NCBI GenBank assembly: GCA_035764935.1
Contig: DASTYK010000162.1
Coordinates: 6,207 to 70,206 of the forward strand
Direction of reading: 5' to 3'
Length of the DNA stretch: 64,000 nucleotides
Origin: Longimicrobiales bacterium
GTDB taxonomy: Bacteria > Gemmatimonadota > Gemmatimonadetes > Longimicrobiales > RSA9
Below the pieces are notes generated by a model that saw only the letters and a list, made by a program, of their open reading frames with translations, was not told the origin of the DNA and searched no databases. Numbering within the stretch: the stretch's first letter is position 1; each line of letters begins with the position of its first letter. A program made the position numbers and the translations under genes. Of the stretch, positions 63,687 through 64,000 are shown one piece after another.

Positions 63687-63716
63687 TTGCACGGCTGCCG
63701 TCAATCGCAGTAGCAT
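63687..63716 (+). promoter_or_regulatory. Candidate promoter of dnaX
   Basis: TTGCAC (63687-63692), an 18-nt spacer, then TAGCAT (63711-63716). It lies 30 nt upstream of ATG 63746. Confidence 0.3.
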
Positions 63717-63745
63717 CCCCGTTCGATTCGCAATTCCTCGTCGTG

Positions 63746-64000
63746 ATGGTGCAGTCCATGGCCACGACCCGCGCCGCACTCGCGCGTACCTACCGTCCAC
63801 GCAACTTCGCCGAGATGGCGACGCAGGCGCACGTCTCCGAGACGCTGCGCGCGGCCGTCGCGCGCGGCCGGGTCGCCCACGCGTATCTCTTTTCTGGTCC
63901 TCGCGGGGTAGGCAAGACGACGGCGGCGCGCGTGCTCGCGATGGCGCTCAACTGCCCGAACCGCGTCACGGAGGAGACCGCGGACGGGCTGAAGCCGGGC
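63746..64000 (+). CDS. dnaX: DNA polymerase III subunit gamma/tau, 5' part; runs off the right window edge
   Basis: Manual translation gives MVQSMATTRAALARTYRPRNFAEMATQAHVSETLRAAVARGRVAHAYLFSGPRGVGKTTAARVLAMALNCPN. It is absent from the ORF track because there is no stop in the window. The start is ATG 63746 or 63758. Confidence 0.9.
   Translation, partial: MVQSMATTRAALARTYRPRNFAEMATQAHVSETLRAAVARGRVAHAYLFSGPRGVGKTTAARVLAMALNCPNRVTEETADGLKPG

Overview
This is a high-GC (roughly 70%) bacterial chromosomal window, densely packed with genes that are mostly core housekeeping. I cannot assign a phylum without a database search.

Gene content, in order:
- 1-9767 (minus strand): a GlgE-pathway alpha-glucan operon, glgE, a treS-maltokinase fusion, malQ, glgB, and the 5' part of treZ.
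- 9895-13298 (plus): an M24 peptidase, a UbiA/UbiX prenyl pair and a phosphoesterase.
- 13318-18923 (minus): a truncated UvrC/Cho-like nuclease, mutM, purD, an M48 protease and a Cys/Met PLP enzyme.
- 19049-63048 (almost uninterrupted plus-strand run): glmS, dtd, maf, glpK, recA, alaS, a SIS/ferritin-like/cca/ZIP chain, rarA, hflX, pdxJ, ispE, tRNA-Gln, prs, ctc, pth, hppA, ychF, rpsF-rpsR-rplI, rsfS, smc, a sugar-modification trio and a DAHP synthase.
- 63069-64000: a CoA-binding protein (minus), then an SRP-RNA-like hairpin and the 5' end of dnaX.

I found no CRISPR array, transposase, integrase or recognisable defence system, and no convincing novel multi-gene system.

The most unusual items are all single loci, inferred from motifs only:
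- A protein with a degenerate P-loop (BY-kinase/MinD-like) domain, a TM segment and tandem SPOR domains, whose stop overlaps the smc start.
- A 432-aa protein with two HPt-like repeats in which the phospho-accepting His position is Arg.
- Two orphan ORFs inserted into the otherwise conserved ispE-tRNA-Gln-prs-ctc-pth block.
- An hflX gene whose conserved N-terminus lies upstream of any ATG/GTG/TTG and fits an SD-supported ATA start.
- A small convergent lipoprotein-like ORF between recA and alaS.

The many long ORFs antisense to real genes are high-GC artefacts.
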